A stretch of 63,997 nucleotides of DNA, counting the filler, from Sandaracinaceae bacterium (lineage in GTDB: Bacteria > Myxococcota_A > Polyangia > Polyangiales > JADJQN01): assembly GCA_947483975.1 (NCBI GenBank). It is 11 parts of 11 records of this genome, joined end to end, with 100 filler letters (N's around TTAATTAATTAA, not from the genome) between each part and the next. Parts side by side here need not be neighbours in the genome. Positions count along the whole stretch, not along the records: positions 6,012 to 11,919 come from CANKOL010000327.1; positions 12,020 to 17,926 come from CANKOL010000328.1; positions 18,027 to 23,929 come from CANKOL010000329.1; 8 more parts are not named here. One strand, given 5' to 3'. Position numbers and translations under genes: made by a program. This document shows positions 11,042-22,836 of this stretch, in pieces (positions within the stretch are counted from its first letter, which is position 1; every line of letters starts with the position of its first letter). The notes under the pieces are model-generated. The model ran no database searches. It was not told where the DNA came from and was given only the letters and a program-made list of their open reading frames with translations.

Positions 11042-11919
11042 ATCGGGCTTCTCCTCGTTTCAAACACCGTGCGTGCGCAAGACGCGAGCGTCGTGGACGC
11101 GGACGCTGCGGTCGGAGACCTCGCCGACGCGGGCGCCGCGCAAGCCGACGCAGGAGCGCCTGCGCCGGAGCCCGAGGAGCCGCTGCCCGTCGCGCATCGG
11201 CCGCGGGTGCTGCTGACGGTGACGCCGCACGACGGGCTGATGACGGGCGACCTCGTGCACGTGTCCATCCGCGCCGACGCGCTGCTCGGCGACGATGTGA
11301 CCGTGCCACAGCAGTCGTTCGCGCCGTTCGAGGCGCACTCGAAGCGCGCGCGCGTCGAGCCTGCGCGCGATGGCCGGCAGACGTACGTCTTCGAGATCGA
11401 GCTGCTCGCGCTCGAGCCGGGCGAGCACACGCTCCCCGCGCTCCGCCTCCGCGTCGTGACCGCCGACGGGACGGTCGGCAGCGTGCTGACGAACCCCGTG
11501 CCGGTGCGCATCCGCAGCGTGCTCGGGAACGAGCCGAACGCGCAGCCGAAGCCCGCGACGCGGCCGGTCGTCGTCATGCAAGACGACTACACGCTCCCGT
11601 GGGCGCTCGGCGCGCTCGGCGTCGTGCTGCTGACGATCCTGATGACGTGGCTCGTCGCCCGCTGGTGGAGCCGCCGCGCGAAGGCCGCCGTGCCGCCGGC
11701 GCCGCCCCGCCCGCCGTGGGACGTCGCGCTCGAGAAGCTCGACGCCGTGCGGCGCGAGGCGCGGCAGCTGCTCACGGATGGCCGCGAGCGCGAGCTCGTC
11801 GACCGCACCTCGGACGCGCTCCGCGAGTATCTCGGCGGGCGCTATGGCTTCGACGGGCTCGAGAGCACGACCGACGAGATCCTCGCGAGGCTGAAGAAAG
11901 CGGACGTGCGCGGCGTGTC
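10910..11919 (+). CDS. BatD/DUF4381-like single-TM protein of the MoxR cluster (3'-truncated)
   Basis: ATGA overlap with the DUF58 stop; Ig-like region (LEPGEHTLPAL), TM helix, then PPWDVALEKLD...LREYLGGRYGFDGLESTTDEIL as in MoxR-operon partners. Confidence 0.7.
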
Positions 11920-12019
11920 NNNNNNNNNNNNNNNNNNNNNNNNNNNNNNNNNNNNNNNNNNNNTTAATTAATTAANNNNNNNNNNNNNNNNNNNNNNNNN
12001 NNNNNNNNNNNNNNNNNNN

Positions 12020-12232
12020 CTGCCCGGCGAGGTGCAGCCGCGCCCGGAGCTCCACGTCGCTGCGCAGGAGCACGTCGACGCCTGGGCCGGGCGCGAGCCC
12101 GCCGACGAGCGCGGCGAGGCCGTCCGCGTGCACGCGTCCCTGCGCCTGCAGCGGGGTCGAGAGCAGCAGCGCGGCGCCGAGGAGCCCGCCGAGCAGCGCA
12201 GTGCCGAGCAGCGCAGTGCCGAGCCTCGCCAT
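12020..12232 (-). CDS. 5' end of a secreted protein, possibly SurA N-terminal-like (truncated)
   Basis: Signal peptide ending PLQA-Q, then ADGLAALVGG...DVLLRSDVELRARL, resembling the SurA-N start; function inferred. Confidence 0.5.
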
Positions 12233-12257
12233 CGGGCCCGCGCACCAGCGAGCGAGC

Positions 12258-13088
12258 TCAGTCGGTCTCGAGCGGGCCATCCGTCGCGCCGCTGTCGTGA
12301 TCGCCACGGTCGCGATCCTCGTCGTCCTCGTCGTCCTCGTCGTCGCGCTCTCCATCGGAGAGGATCGCGCCGTCCCGCGGGGCGCCGTCGGCCTTCATGC
12401 GGGCGTGCGGCACGTGGCGGCGGTCGCGCAGGAACTCGAGGAAGGCGAGCGCTGCGTCGAGGTCGCGCGCGGGCAGCGCCTCGATCAGATCGGCGAGGCG
12501 GCGACGCTGGACGTCCGCGATCTCGGCGCGCGTGCGGCGCCCCGGGCGCTCGGCCTCTTCGCGCTCGGCCTGCGCGCGGACGTCGTCGGCGCTCGGCACC
12601 TCCCACTGCGGGCGCGGCACGGCGGCGAGGCCGTGCGTCTCGAGCCAGCCCTCCATGCAGGTGCGCAGGCGCTCGGAGCGAAACGTGAACCAGCGCTCGC
12701 GCTCGACGGGGAACGCCATCAGCACGTCCTTGAAGCGGCGGAACGCGCCCTTTCCGTCGATCGCCTGCACGAGCTTGGTGCGGAACTCCGACTCCTCGAC
12801 CGTCGCGATGAAGCGCTCCATCCAGCGGTACTGCTCGCGCGACGAGACAGGATCGACGCGCAGGTAGCCGGCGTCGGTGCCGATGCGCGCGTGCATCCCA
12901 GGGTCGGCGATGCCGTCCACGACGCGGATGACCTCACCCGTCGCGAGCTGCAAGTAGCTGTGCACCTCCGGCGCGTTGTTCTCGAAGGCGTCCTCGAGAG
13001 CCTCCCAAGCGATGGGGACCTCGCGCTTCGGACCGGTGGAGGCTTCTGCGGCGGAGTCGTTCTTCAGAGGCTTCTTGAGGTCAGTCAT
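12258..13088 (-). CDS. UPF0158 family protein with acidic tail
   Basis: WEALEDAFE...[50 protein letters not shown] 13088 overlaps the glpK stop (ATGA). Confidence 0.85.
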   Translation of the reverse strand: MTDLKKPLKNDSAAEASTGPKREVPIAWEALEDAFENNAPEVHSYLQLATGEVIRVVDGIADPGMHARIGTDAGYLRVDPVSSREQYRWMERFIATVEESEFRTKLVQAIDGKGAFRRFKDVLMAFPVERERWFTFRSERLRTCMEGWLETHGLAAVPRPQWEVPSADDVRAQAEREEAERPGRRTRAEIADVQRRRLADLIEALPARDLDAALAFLEFLRDRRHVPHARMKADGAPRDGAILSDGERDDEDDEDDEDRDRGDHDSGATDGPLETD

Positions 13089-14584
13089 GCCGGGGTCGCC
13101 TCGCTTCTCGCACGCGCGACGGCTCGACGCCACCGCGCGAGCTGAGCATCGCGCTCAGGCTTCGCCAGATGGGGCTCGAACGTGCGCTCGAGATGGTGCG
13201 CCTTCGTGACGTCCTCGGTCCCACGAAAGACGCCGACCGCGAGGCCCGCGAGGTACGCCGCGCCGAGCGCCGTCGTCTCGACGGAGCGCGGGCGGTCGAT
13301 GGGCGCGCCGAGCAAGTCGGCCTGAAACTGCATCAGGAGCTCGTTCGCCGCGGCGCCGCCGTCCACTCGCAGGCGCGCGAGGGGCGTGCCGGCGTCGAGC
13401 TCCATCGCCGAGACGAGGTCGGCGATCTGAAACGCGATGCCCTCGAGCGCGGCGCGCGCGAGGTGCGCCGCCTTGGTGTCGCGAGAGATGCCCGCGATGA
13501 GCCCGCGCGCATACGGGTCCCAGTACGGCGCGCCGAGCCCGGCGAGCGCCGGCACGAACATCACCTCGCCCGAGGACTCGACCTGCCGCGCGAGCGACTC
13601 GACCTCGGCCGCCGACTTGATGATCCCGAGCCCGTCGCGGAGCCACTGCACCGCCGCGCCCGCGATGAACGAGCTGCCCTCGAGCGCGTACGTCGTCACG
13701 CCGCCGAGGCGCCACGCGATGGTCGTCACGAGCCCGTGCGTCGAGGGCACCGCGCGAGTGCCAGTGTTCATCAGGAGAAACGCGCCCGTGCCGTAGGTGC
13801 ACTTCGCGTCGCCGACGGCGAAGCAGGTCTGCCCGAAGAGCGCGGCCTGCTGATCGCCCGCCATGCCCGCGAGCGGCACGCCGTCCGGCAGCCCGCGCAC
13901 CGACTTGGTGCGCGCGTAGATCTCCGAGCAAGAGCGCACCTCCGGCAGGAGCGCGAGCGGCACGCGCAGCAGCTCCGCGAGCTGCGGATCCCACTGCCCC
14001 GCGTGGATGTCGTAGACGAGCGTGCGGGACGCGTTCGTCGCGTCCGTGACGTGCACGGCGCCGCCCGAGAGCCGCCACACGAGCCAGCTGTCGATCGTGC
14101 CGAAGGCGAGCTCACCGCGCTCGGCGCGAGCGCGCGCGCCGGGCACGGCGTCGAGGATCCACTCGATCTTCGTGCCGCTGAAGTACGGGTCGAGCACGAG
14201 CCCAGTCTTCTGGCGGAAGAGCGCCTCGTGACCCGCCGCGCGCAGCGCCTCACACCGCGCCGCCGTGCGCCGATCTTGCCAGACGATGGCGCGGTGGATC
14301 GGCTCGCCCGTCGCGCGATCCCAGATGACGGTCGTCTCGCGCTGGTTCGTGATGCCGATGCCCGCGCACTCGGACGCGGGCACGCCGGCTGCGCGATAGG
14401 CGTCCTCGAGCGCGCCGTCGATCGACGCGCCGATGTCGCCGAGGTCGTGCTCGACCCAGCCGGGCTGCGGGAAGTGCTGCGCGAACTCGCGGGTCGCTTT
14501 GCCGAGGATTCGACCATCGTCGGAGAGGAGGACGGCGGTGCTGCCGGTCGTCCCTTGATCAATCGCGAGGAGGTGGCGGGGCAT
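13085..14584 (-). CDS. glpK: Glycerol kinase
   Basis: [68 protein letters not shown]. Confidence 0.97.
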   Translation of the reverse strand: MPRHLLAIDQGTTGSTAVLLSDDGRILGKATREFAQHFPQPGWVEHDLGDIGASIDGALEDAYRAAGVPASECAGIGITNQRETTVIWDRATGEPIHRAIVWQDRRTAARCEALRAAGHEALFRQKTGLVLDPYFSGTKIEWILDAVPGARARAERGELAFGTIDSWLVWRLSGGAVHVTDATNASRTLVYDIHAGQWDPQLAELLRVPLALLPEVRSCSEIYARTKSVRGLPDGVPLAGMAGDQQAALFGQTCFAVGDAKCTYGTGAFLLMNTGTRAVPSTHGLVTTIAWRLGGVTTYALEGSSFIAGAAVQWLRDGLGIIKSAAEVESLARQVESSGEVMFVPALAGLGAPYWDPYARGLIAGISRDTKAAHLARAALEGIAFQIADLVSAMELDAGTPLARLRVDGGAAANELLMQFQADLLGAPIDRPRSVETTALGAAYLAGLAVGVFRGTEDVTKAHHLERTFEPHLAKPERDAQLARWRRAVARARSEATPA

Positions 14585-14655
14585 GGAGCTGGGACGCTAG
14601 CCGGTGGTGCGCGGTGCTGTCTACGGCGTTGCGCTGCAGCTCGCCCCCACCCCAG

Positions 14656-14675
14656 CCCGCCCCCGAGGGGGCGGG
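14656..14675. repeat. REP-like GC-rich hairpin upstream of glpK
   Basis: CCCGCCCCC-GA-GGGGGCGGG perfect inverted repeat preceded by CCCCCACCCCAG. Confidence 0.55.
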
Positions 14676-14847
14676 AGTTTCGGGGATGGGACAGCCGTCG
14701 CAGAGGTGCGTCGGGAGACGGTGAGCGCCGGCGCGGCCGCCGCACATCGCCGGGGGCGGCGCGCGAAGGGCTGCGGGTTGTGGCGGTCGGGTAAGAGGGT
14801 GCGTCTTCGCTCCCGACGTGCGCTTGCGCGAGATTCATGGGGCGCGG

Positions 14848-15057
14848 TGGACCACGCGGGAAACGGCAGCCCGGCGGGGAAGCTCACGATGGACCACGCG
14901 GGAAGCGGCAGCCCGACGGCTAAGCTCGCGCTGGACCACGCGGGAAGCGGCAGCCCGGCGGGGAAGCTGACGCTGGACCACGCGGGGAACGACGTTCCAG
15001 CCGCTCGGTTCACGAGGAGTGCGCGAGGAATGCCGTTCCAGCCCCTGGGTTCACGAG
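14848..15057. repeat. Intergenic tandem array with ~42-bp period
   Basis: TGGACCACGCGGG starts at 14848, 14890, 14932 and 14974; a second unit type CGTTCCAGCC..GGTTCACGAG follows at 14993 and 15034. Confidence 0.9.
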
Positions 15058-15208
15058 AACCGCGCGGGTGACGCCGTCGCAGCCTCGAGGTTCCCGAAAA
15101 CCGGCTGAATAGTGCGGGTTCAGGGCGCTGTGGACGGGTGCGACGGGCGACGGGGCGGCACCGGATGGGACGTGTTGCAGAAATCAACCTGCGGTCGCGC
15201 TGTCGGTC

Positions 15209-15883
15209 TCAGGCGCGCCCATCCAAGTGAAAGTGCTTGATCTCGCCGCACATATAGGTGCTGTCGAAGAACGTCACATCCCCGCTCTCGACCGAGTAAG
15301 TGGCGCCGACCAAGCCGAGCTCGCCGCGCTCGATCAGCTGCCGCAGCACGACGCTCCGCTCGATCACCTCCTCGACCGAGCGATGCACCTGGATGTGCGA
15401 GACGCGCTCGACGAACTCGACGTTCGCCGAGGTGCGGTTCTCCTTCACCTGCCGCTCGAAGTAGACCGACGGCTGGATCTTGTTGAGCAGCGTCGAGAGA
15501 TTGCCGAGCTGCAGCCCATCGCACGCGCCCTGGATCGCGCCGCAGTGGCTGTGCCCGAGCACCACGACGAGGCGCGAGCCGGCGACCTTCGCCGAGAATT
15601 CCATCGAGCCGAGGATGTCCTCGTTGATGACGGGGCCTGCGACGCGGATCGAGAAGATGTCGCCGAAGCCCTGGTCGAAGATCAGCTCGGCAGACGTGCG
15701 GCTGTCGATGCAGCTGAGGATGGTCGCGAAGGGGAACTGCCCCTCGCGCGTCTCGTTGACCTGCCGTAGCAAGTCCCGGTTCGCGCGGAGGTTGTCCTTG
15801 AAGCGCTGGTTCCCCTGCTGGAGGTACTCGAGCGCGTGCGCCGGGGTCAGCGTCGCTTGGCTATCGCGGGTGTGGGCTCGCAC
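15209..15883 (-). CDS. Beta-class carbonic anhydrase
   Basis: GNQRF, GQFPFATILSCIDSRTSAELIFDQGFGD, VVLGHSHCGA (Cys-x-Asp and His-x-x-Cys zinc ligands); start moved to GTG 15883. Confidence 0.93.
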   Translation of the reverse strand: MRAHTRDSQATLTPAHALEYLQQGNQRFKDNLRANRDLLRQVNETREGQFPFATILSCIDSRTSAELIFDQGFGDIFSIRVAGPVINEDILGSMEFSAKVAGSRLVVVLGHSHCGAIQGACDGLQLGNLSTLLNKIQPSVYFERQVKENRTSANVEFVERVSHIQVHRSVEEVIERSVVLRQLIERGELGLVGATYSVESGDVTFFDSTYMCGEIKHFHLDGRA

Positions 15884-15980
15884 AGCGCGCGTTCTTGCAG
15901 CGCGCGAGGGCAAGTGGCAACGGGCCCCCTCGCCCATTGCGCCGTCAGACGGGCTCGGGTACGGGCGTCTCACTCGACTC

Positions 15981-17126
15981 ATGCGCTTCCTGCACACCTC
16001 GGACTGGCACCTCGGACGGCTCTTCGGGCAGACCTCGCTGATCGAGGATCAGGCGCACGCGCTCGCGGGGCTGCGCGTGTTGCTGCGTGACGCGCGCCCC
16101 GACGCGCTGCTGATCGCCGGAGACGTCTACGACCGCGCGGTGCCTCCGCCGCTCGCGGTGGAGCTGTTCGACGACTTCTTGCACGCCGTGAGCGCGGAGC
16201 TGCGGCTGCCCGTCGTGATCATCGCGGGGAACCACGACTCGCCGGAGCGGCTCGGCTTCGGCGCGCGGCTGCTCGCGCGGTCGGGCGTGCACGTCGCGGG
16301 CAAGGTGCGCGGCGCGCTCGAGCCGGTCGTGCTCGAGGACGCGCATGGGCGCGTGCACGTGCTGCCGCTGCCCTACGCGGAGCCCGCCGTCGTGCGCGAG
16401 GTCTTCGCCCGAGCGGACCTGCACGGGCACGACGCGGCGATGGGCGCGCAGCTCGAGGCGGCGCGCGCGCAGATCCCCGCGGGCGAGCGGTCGGTGCTCG
16501 TCGCGCACGCGTTCGTGGCGGGCAGCGAGGCGTCGGGCTCCGAGCGCGCGCTGTCGGTCGGGGGCAGCGACGCCGTCGACGCCGCGAGGATGCACGGCTT
16601 CTCGTACGTCGCCCTCGGGCACCTGCACGGGCCGCAGCGAGTCGGCGCCGAGAACGTGCGCTACAGCGGCTCGCTGCTGAAGTACTCGTTCTCCGAGGCG
16701 ACGCACACCAAGGGAGTGTCGCTCGTGACGCTCGACGCCGCGGGCGCGTGCAGCGTCGAGCAGCTCGCGCTTCCGACGCTGCGCAACCTGCGCAAGCTGC
16801 GCGGCACGCTCGCAGAGGTGCTCGCGATGGGGCGCACGGATCCGCAGCGCGACGACTACCTCGAGGTGACGCTGCTCGACGAGCGCGCCGTGCTCGACGC
16901 GATGGCGCGGCTGCGTGAGGTCTATCCGAACGTGATCGAGTTTCGGCGCCCGGCGCTCGAGCAGACGGGCACCGGCGGCGCGAGCCGGGACCACCGAGAG
17001 GTCACGACGATCGACCACTTCGCGGACTTCTTCGAGCACGTCGTCGGGACCCCGCTCGACCCTCCACAGCGCACGTATCTCCACGCGATGCTCGACACGG
17101 ACGCGCAGCGGGAGCGCACCTCGTGA
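15981..17126 (+). CDS. sbcD: Exonuclease SbcCD subunit D
   Basis: MRFLHTSDWHLG, IAGDVYD, IAGNHDS, YVALGHLHGPQ, RYSGSLLKYSFSE. Confidence 0.95.
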   Translation: MRFLHTSDWHLGRLFGQTSLIEDQAHALAGLRVLLRDARPDALLIAGDVYDRAVPPPLAVELFDDFLHAVSAELRLPVVIIAGNHDSPERLGFGARLLARSGVHVAGKVRGALEPVVLEDAHGRVHVLPLPYAEPAVVREVFARADLHGHDAAMGAQLEAARAQIPAGERSVLVAHAFVAGSEASGSERALSVGGSDAVDAARMHGFSYVALGHLHGPQRVGAENVRYSGSLLKYSFSEATHTKGVSLVTLDAAGACSVEQLALPTLRNLRKLRGTLAEVLAMGRTDPQRDDYLEVTLLDERAVLDAMARLREVYPNVIEFRRPALEQTGTGGASRDHREVTTIDHFADFFEHVVGTPLDPPQRTYLHAMLDTDAQRERTS

Positions 17127-17926
17127 GGCCGCTGCGCATCGAGGTGACGGCGTTCGGGCCCTACGCGGGCACGCAGGTCTTCGACTTCGCGGAGCTCGAG
17201 GGGCGCAGCTTCTTCCTCATTCACGGGCCGACGGGCGCGGGCAAGACGACCGTGCTCGACGCGCTCTGCTTCGCGCTCTACGGCGACGCGTCGGGCTCGG
17301 CGCGCGACGGCCGCGGGCTGCGCTCGGACTACGCCGCGCCGGACCTGCGCACGCGGGTGACGGTGGACTTCGCGCTCGGCGGCGTCAGCTATCGCGCCCA
17401 GCGCTCACCCTCGTGGGAGCGCCCGAAGAAGCGCGGCGAGGGGATGACCGAGGAGAAGGGCGAGGCGACGCTCTGGCGCCTCGACGCGGGCGCGGAGCCG
17501 CACGTGCTCGCGACGGGCGACGGCAAGGTGACGACCGCGGTCGAGGGGCTGCTCGGCTTCGAGAGCACGCAGTTCCGGCAGGTCGTCGTGCTGCCGCAGG
17601 GCGAGTTCCGAAAGTTCCTGCTGGCGAACGTCAGCGAGCGCGAGGGCATCCTCGCGGCGCTGTTCAAGACGGGGCGCTTCGCCGCGGTCGAGAAGTCCCT
17701 CAAGGAGGCGGCGGTCGACCTCATCAGGCGCCGACAGGCCGCCGTGCAGGCGCGCGACGTGGTCCTCGAGCAGGTGGGCGCGGAGGATCACGCCGCGCTC
17801 GACGCGCTGCGCGCCGCGAGCGCGCTCGACGTCGCGTCGGCCACCGCCGCGGCAGACGACGCGCGCCGTGCCGCTGAGCTCGCGCAGGCTGCGTTCGCCG
17901 CAGGGAGACAAGCGAAGGCGGCGCTC
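17123..17926 (+). CDS. sbcC: Exonuclease SbcCD subunit C, SMC-like ATPase (3'-truncated)
   Basis: AFGPYAG, Walker A IHGPTGAGKTT, QFRQVVVLPQGEF; GTGA overlap with sbcD. Confidence 0.93.
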
Positions 17927-18026
17927 NNNNNNNNNNNNNNNNNNNNNNNNNNNNNNNNNNNNNNNNNNNNTTAATTAATTAANNNNNNNNNNNNNNNNNN
18001 NNNNNNNNNNNNNNNNNNNNNNNNNN

Positions 18027-18641
<615 letters not shown>

Positions 18642-18693
18642 CGCACGCAGCCGTGCGCGTGCACGCTCCGGAGCCCGACGCTATAGGCCCCCG

Positions 18694-19566
18694 ATGTCGA
18701 ACGTCCTCGCGCAATTGGTCGAACAGCTCGGGCTCGAGCGCATCGAAGCGGATCTCTTTCGCGGGCAGAGCCAGGACCTCGGCTGGGGCACGGTCTTCGG
18801 CGGGCAGGTGCTCGGGCAGGCGCTCTCAGCCGCCGTGCAGACGGTCCCGAGCGACCGGCATGTGCACTCGCTGCACGCCTATTTTCTGAGGCCCGGCGCG
18901 GTCGATCGGCCGATCGTGTACGAGGTCGATCGCATCCGCGACGGCTCGTCCTTCACGACGCGCCGGGTCGTCGCCGTGCAGAACGGCAAGGCGATCTTCA
19001 ACCTCGCCGCGTCGTTCCAGAAGCACGAGGACGGCTTCGAGCACGCCGACGCGATGCCCGAGGCGCCGCCGCCCGAGTCGATGCCGACCGAGCGCGAGCA
19101 CATCGCGAAGTACGCCGCGCGCCTGCCCAAGTTCTTCCGCGAGCGCGCCCTCGCCGAGCGCCCGTTCGAGATGCGTCAGGTGAACGAGGACGACGACCCG
19201 TTTCTCCCGGAGGCGAGGCCCGCGTCGCGGATGGTCTGGCTGCGCACGATCGGCAAGCTCCCCGACGACCAGGCGCTCCACTGCTACCTGCTCGCGTACG
19301 CCTCGGACTACTCGTTCCTGACCACCGCGCTCTTGCCGCACGGGGTGAGCTGGCTGACGCCCGGGATGCAGGTCGCCAGCCTCGATCACGTGATGTGGTT
19401 CCACCAGCCGTTCCGCGTCGACGAGTGGCTGCTGCACGTCATCGACAGCCCCTCGGCGCACGGCGCGCGCGGGCTCGTCCGTGGGCGCATCTTCTCGCAG
19501 GACGGGCGCCTCGTCGCGTCGACCGCGCAAGAGGGGCTGATCCGCCAGCGCGCGCAGACCGTTTGA
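18694..19566 (+). CDS. tesB: Acyl-CoA thioesterase II
   Basis: VFGGQVLGQAL, HSLHAYFLRPG, RDGSSFTTRRV, LAYASD, ASLDHVMWFH, STAQEG; start ATG 18694. Confidence 0.95.
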   Translation: MSNVLAQLVEQLGLERIEADLFRGQSQDLGWGTVFGGQVLGQALSAAVQTVPSDRHVHSLHAYFLRPGAVDRPIVYEVDRIRDGSSFTTRRVVAVQNGKAIFNLAASFQKHEDGFEHADAMPEAPPPESMPTEREHIAKYAARLPKFFRERALAERPFEMRQVNEDDDPFLPEARPASRMVWLRTIGKLPDDQALHCYLLAYASDYSFLTTALLPHGVSWLTPGMQVASLDHVMWFHQPFRVDEWLLHVIDSPSAHGARGLVRGRIFSQDGRLVASTAQEGLIRQRAQTV

Positions 19567-19627
19567 GGTCCAACGATCGGCGCGAGCCGGACGCGGCGTA
19601 GAGGAGCGGCGTCGAAGCGCCTCGGGC

Positions 19628-20134
19628 TCAGGGCGTGCGCAGCGAGAGCGGCCCGAGGAAGTCCTTCTTGCCGATGCTCACGCCGTTGTGCCGCAGGATC
19701 GCGAAGACGTGCGTGACGTGGAAGTGGAAGTTCGGGATCACGTGCTCGATGAAGTAGTCGTGCGCCGACATCACCTTCCCCTCCCAGCGGGGGTTCGTGA
19801 CGATGCGCTCGGCGAGCCCGTCGAAGTCCGAGGGCACGAAGGTGTCGAGGTACTCGATCGCCGAGACGACGCGCGCGCGAAGCTGCTCGATCGTCTGCTC
19901 GTCGTCCGGGTGCGACGGGGCGACCTTGCCGGTGATGCGCGAGGCGCCGAGTTTCGTCGTGTCGCACGCGATCTGCACCTGCCGCGCGAACGCGAACTGG
20001 TCCGGCGCGAGGCGCATCCCGACGAACACGTTCGGGTCGAACTTCTTCGACTCGGCGTACGCCGTCGCCGCGTCGAGCCAGAGGTTGAGCTGCCCTAGCT
20101 GCTTCTTCATCTGCTGGAGAATCTGGAGGTACAT
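19628..20134 (-). CDS. DUF1993 family protein (DinB-like)
   Basis: RLAPDQFAFARQVQIACD, PNFHFHVTHVFAILRHNGVSIGKKDFLG; start ATG 20134. Confidence 0.88.
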   Translation of the reverse strand: MYLQILQQMKKQLGQLNLWLDAATAYAESKKFDPNVFVGMRLAPDQFAFARQVQIACDTTKLGASRITGKVAPSHPDDEQTIEQLRARVVSAIEYLDTFVPSDFDGLAERIVTNPRWEGKVMSAHDYFIEHVIPNFHFHVTHVFAILRHNGVSIGKKDFLGPLSLRTP

Positions 20135-20187
20135 GGCGCGCATCCTAACGCGGCCGCGCGCCCCGCCGACACCGAAGTGCGTTGCCC

Positions 20188-21498
20188 TCAGCGCGCCTTC
20201 GGCGTGATCACGCGGACGCCGCCCATGTACGGCACGAGCACCTCGGGGATCCGCACGGTGCCGTCCGCCTGCTGATATTGCTCGAGGATCGCGACGAGCG
20301 TGCGCCCGATGGCGAGCCCGGAGCCGTTGAGCGTGTGCACGAGCTCGGGCTTGGCGCCCGCCTCCCGCCGGAAGCGGATCTTCGCGCGGCGCGCCTGAAA
20401 GTCGCCGAACCACGAGCACGACGAGATCTCGCGGTACGCGTCCTGCCCCGGCAGCCACACCTCGAGGTCGAACGTCTTGCGCGAGGCGAAGCCGAGGTCC
20501 GCCGAGCAGAGCTCGATCGTGCGGTAGTGCAGCCCGAGCTTCTCCAAGATCGCCTCGGCGTGCGAGGTGAGCTTCGCGTGCTCGGCCATCGCCGTCTCGG
20601 GCGTCACGAAGCGCACGAGCTCCACCTTGTCGAACTGGTGCTGCCGGATCAGCCCGCGCGTGTCGCGCCCGTGGCTGCCCGCCTCGCTGCGGAAGCACGC
20701 GGTGTACGCCGTGTAGCCGATCGGCAGCGCGGCGCCCTCGAGGATCTCGTCGGCGTGCAGGTTCGTCACCGGCACCTCCGCCGTCGGCGCGAGGTAGAGC
20801 GTGCGCGCGCCCTCGCCCTCCTCGAAGCGCTCGAGCTTGAACATATCCTTCGCGAATTTGGGGAGCTGCGAGGTGCCGCGCGCGGCGCTGTCCTTGATGA
20901 GGACGGGCGGCCAGATCTCCTCGTAGCCGTGCTCGTTCGAGTGCACGTCGAGCATGAAGGACATCAGCGCCCGCTCGAGCCGCGCGCCGTGCGCTCGCAG
21001 CACGGTGAAGCGTGTGCCGCTGATCTTCGCGCCGCGCTCGAAGTCGAGGATGCCGAGCGCCTCGCCGAGCGCGACGTGATCGCGCGGCGCGAACGCGAGC
21101 TCAGGCTTCTCGCCCCACACGCGCACGACGGGGTTGTCCGCCTCCGAGGTGCCGTCCGGCGCCGTCTCGTGCGGCAGGTTCGGGATGTTCAGGAGCTTGT
21201 CCTCGAGCTCCGCCTCGACCGCCGCGAGGCGCACCTCGAGCGACTTCGTTTGTTCACCGACGACCTTCATCGCGTCGCGCGCGCGCAGGAACTCCTCGCC
21301 CTTCTTGTCGAGCTTGGCGAGGGACGCGCTGACCTCGTTCTTCTGCGCGCGGAGCGCGTCGAGCGCGACGATCAGCTCGCGGCGCGACACGGCGAGCGGC
21401 GCGACGTCGTCGAGCAGATGAGCCGCCCCGGGGCCACGGCGCGCGAGCGAAGCGCGCACCTCGTCGAGATGATCCGTCACGTAGCGGGCGTCGAGCAT
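20188..21498 (-). CDS. serS: Seryl-tRNA synthetase
   Basis: MLD start at 21498, [56 protein letters not shown]. Confidence 0.97.
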   Translation of the reverse strand: MLDARYVTDHLDEVRASLARRGPGAAHLLDDVAPLAVSRRELIVALDALRAQKNEVSASLAKLDKKGEEFLRARDAMKVVGEQTKSLEVRLAAVEAELEDKLLNIPNLPHETAPDGTSEADNPVVRVWGEKPELAFAPRDHVALGEALGILDFERGAKISGTRFTVLRAHGARLERALMSFMLDVHSNEHGYEEIWPPVLIKDSAARGTSQLPKFAKDMFKLERFEEGEGARTLYLAPTAEVPVTNLHADEILEGAALPIGYTAYTACFRSEAGSHGRDTRGLIRQHQFDKVELVRFVTPETAMAEHAKLTSHAEAILEKLGLHYRTIELCSADLGFASRKTFDLEVWLPGQDAYREISSCSWFGDFQARRAKIRFRREAGAKPELVHTLNGSGLAIGRTLVAILEQYQQADGTVRIPEVLVPYMGGVRVITPKAR

Positions 21499-21553
21499 CG
21501 CGGCGGTGTACCAGACCCGCGAGACGCGGCCAATCGTGCTATCTCGCCCGGCG

Positions 21554-21991
21554 ATGACCCTCTCGCTCGCCGGCCGCGCCACGGTCAAGCTCGCCCTCGC
21601 GATGCTCGCGGTCGCGGTCGTCGGCGTCGTCGTACACACGCTCGCCGCGCAGGGCCCGTCGAGCCCTTGGTGGCTCGGCGTGCTGCCCGGACCCGTCGCG
21701 CAGCTTCGGGACGCGAGCGCCCTGCTCGCCGCGCTGCTCCTCGCCGCCGCGCCCTACGTCAGCGCGCGCGAGGGCGAGCCCGAGCCTTGGTCGCTCGTCG
21801 TCGCGCTCTACGCCGGCGTCACCATCGTCGTCATCACGCTCGCGATCGGCGCGATGACGGGGATGTACGGCGTGCAGATCGAGGACCCGCGCATCGAGAG
21901 CCGCTGGCTCTTCCGCGCGCGCTCGCTCGGTGAGCTGATCTTGCTCGGCGCGCTGTTCGCGTTCGCGCGCCGCGCGTGGAAGACGCGCTAG
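21554..21991 (+). CDS. Small hypothetical membrane protein (about 4 TM helices)
   Basis: Alternating hydrophobic segments; fills the gap divergent from serS. Confidence 0.65.
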   Translation: MTLSLAGRATVKLALAMLAVAVVGVVVHTLAAQGPSSPWWLGVLPGPVAQLRDASALLAALLLAAAPYVSAREGEPEPWSLVVALYAGVTIVVITLAIGAMTGMYGVQIEDPRIESRWLFRARSLGELILLGALFAFARRAWKTR

Positions 21992-22054
21992 CAGCGCCGT
22001 CGAGAGCGCGCCCTCGGCCGCTAGGTACGCGCCGAGGGGGCCCTCGGCAGGGCG

Positions 22055-22750
22055 TCACCCCTCGAGCGTGATCTCGCCCTGCAGCTCGGGGAATTTCCCC
22101 TTCATCCCGCCATAGAATTTGCGGAGATACTCGAAGTCCTTCTCGATGTCGCCGGTGGGCCAGAAGATCTCCCCGAGCCCGCCGATCTTGTTCCCGTAGT
22201 CGACGTAGCCGAGCACGATCGGCACCTTCGCCTCGACGGCGATGTAATAGAAGCCGGTCTTCCAGCGCTTGGTCTTCCCGCGCGTGCCCTCCGGCGGGAC
22301 CATCAGCATCAGGTGCTCGCGCCCCTCGAAGAGCGCCGCGATGTTCTTGACGGAGTCGTTGCGCCCGCGGCGATCGACGGGCACGCCGCCGATCGCGCGC
22401 ATCAGCCAGCCGAGCGGCGGCTTGAAGAGCGTGTGCTTGCCGACCCAGTTGATCTTGATGTCGAGCACCGCCGAGAGCGCCAGCGAGAACGGCAGATCCC
22501 AGTTGGACGTGTGCGGCGCCGCGACGAGGACGGCCTTCGTGACGCCGGGCATCTTCGGGCTGCAGGTCCAGTGGTTGAGCTTGAGCCAGGCGCGCCCGAG
22601 CGCCGGGAGGAGCCCGCCGCCGCTCGTCAGGTACGGCGCGACGGTCGGGGCGGACGAGCTGGGCCGCGGTGCGGTGGCTGGGTGCGTAGTCGAAGCTGGC
22701 TGGGCGTTCTTCGCGGCGTCGGGCGGCGTGGGCGTCGGCTCGGTCGGCAT
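22055..22750 (-). CDS. Lysophospholipid (PlsC-like) acyltransferase
   Basis: APHTSNWD (HxxxxD motif), GGVPVDR, PEGTR, WKTGFY. Confidence 0.9.
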   Translation of the reverse strand: MPTEPTPTPPDAAKNAQPASTTHPATAPRPSSSAPTVAPYLTSGGGLLPALGRAWLKLNHWTCSPKMPGVTKAVLVAAPHTSNWDLPFSLALSAVLDIKINWVGKHTLFKPPLGWLMRAIGGVPVDRRGRNDSVKNIAALFEGREHLMLMVPPEGTRGKTKRWKTGFYYIAVEAKVPIVLGYVDYGNKIGGLGEIFWPTGDIEKDFEYLRKFYGGMKGKFPELQGEITLEG

Positions 22751-22836
22751 GATGGCGAAGTAAAACTGAAGGGCGCCCCGGCCGCCAGTGTTCTCGGCGC
22801 CTGGCGTCGCGACGGCGGCTGCTATCCTCGCGCGCG

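Noticed and set aside
15981..17926. sbcD-sbcC as an SMC-type defence system (Wadjet/Lamassu)
   Set aside because: Motifs and order match the ordinary SbcCD repair nuclease; no accessory defence genes on the contig.
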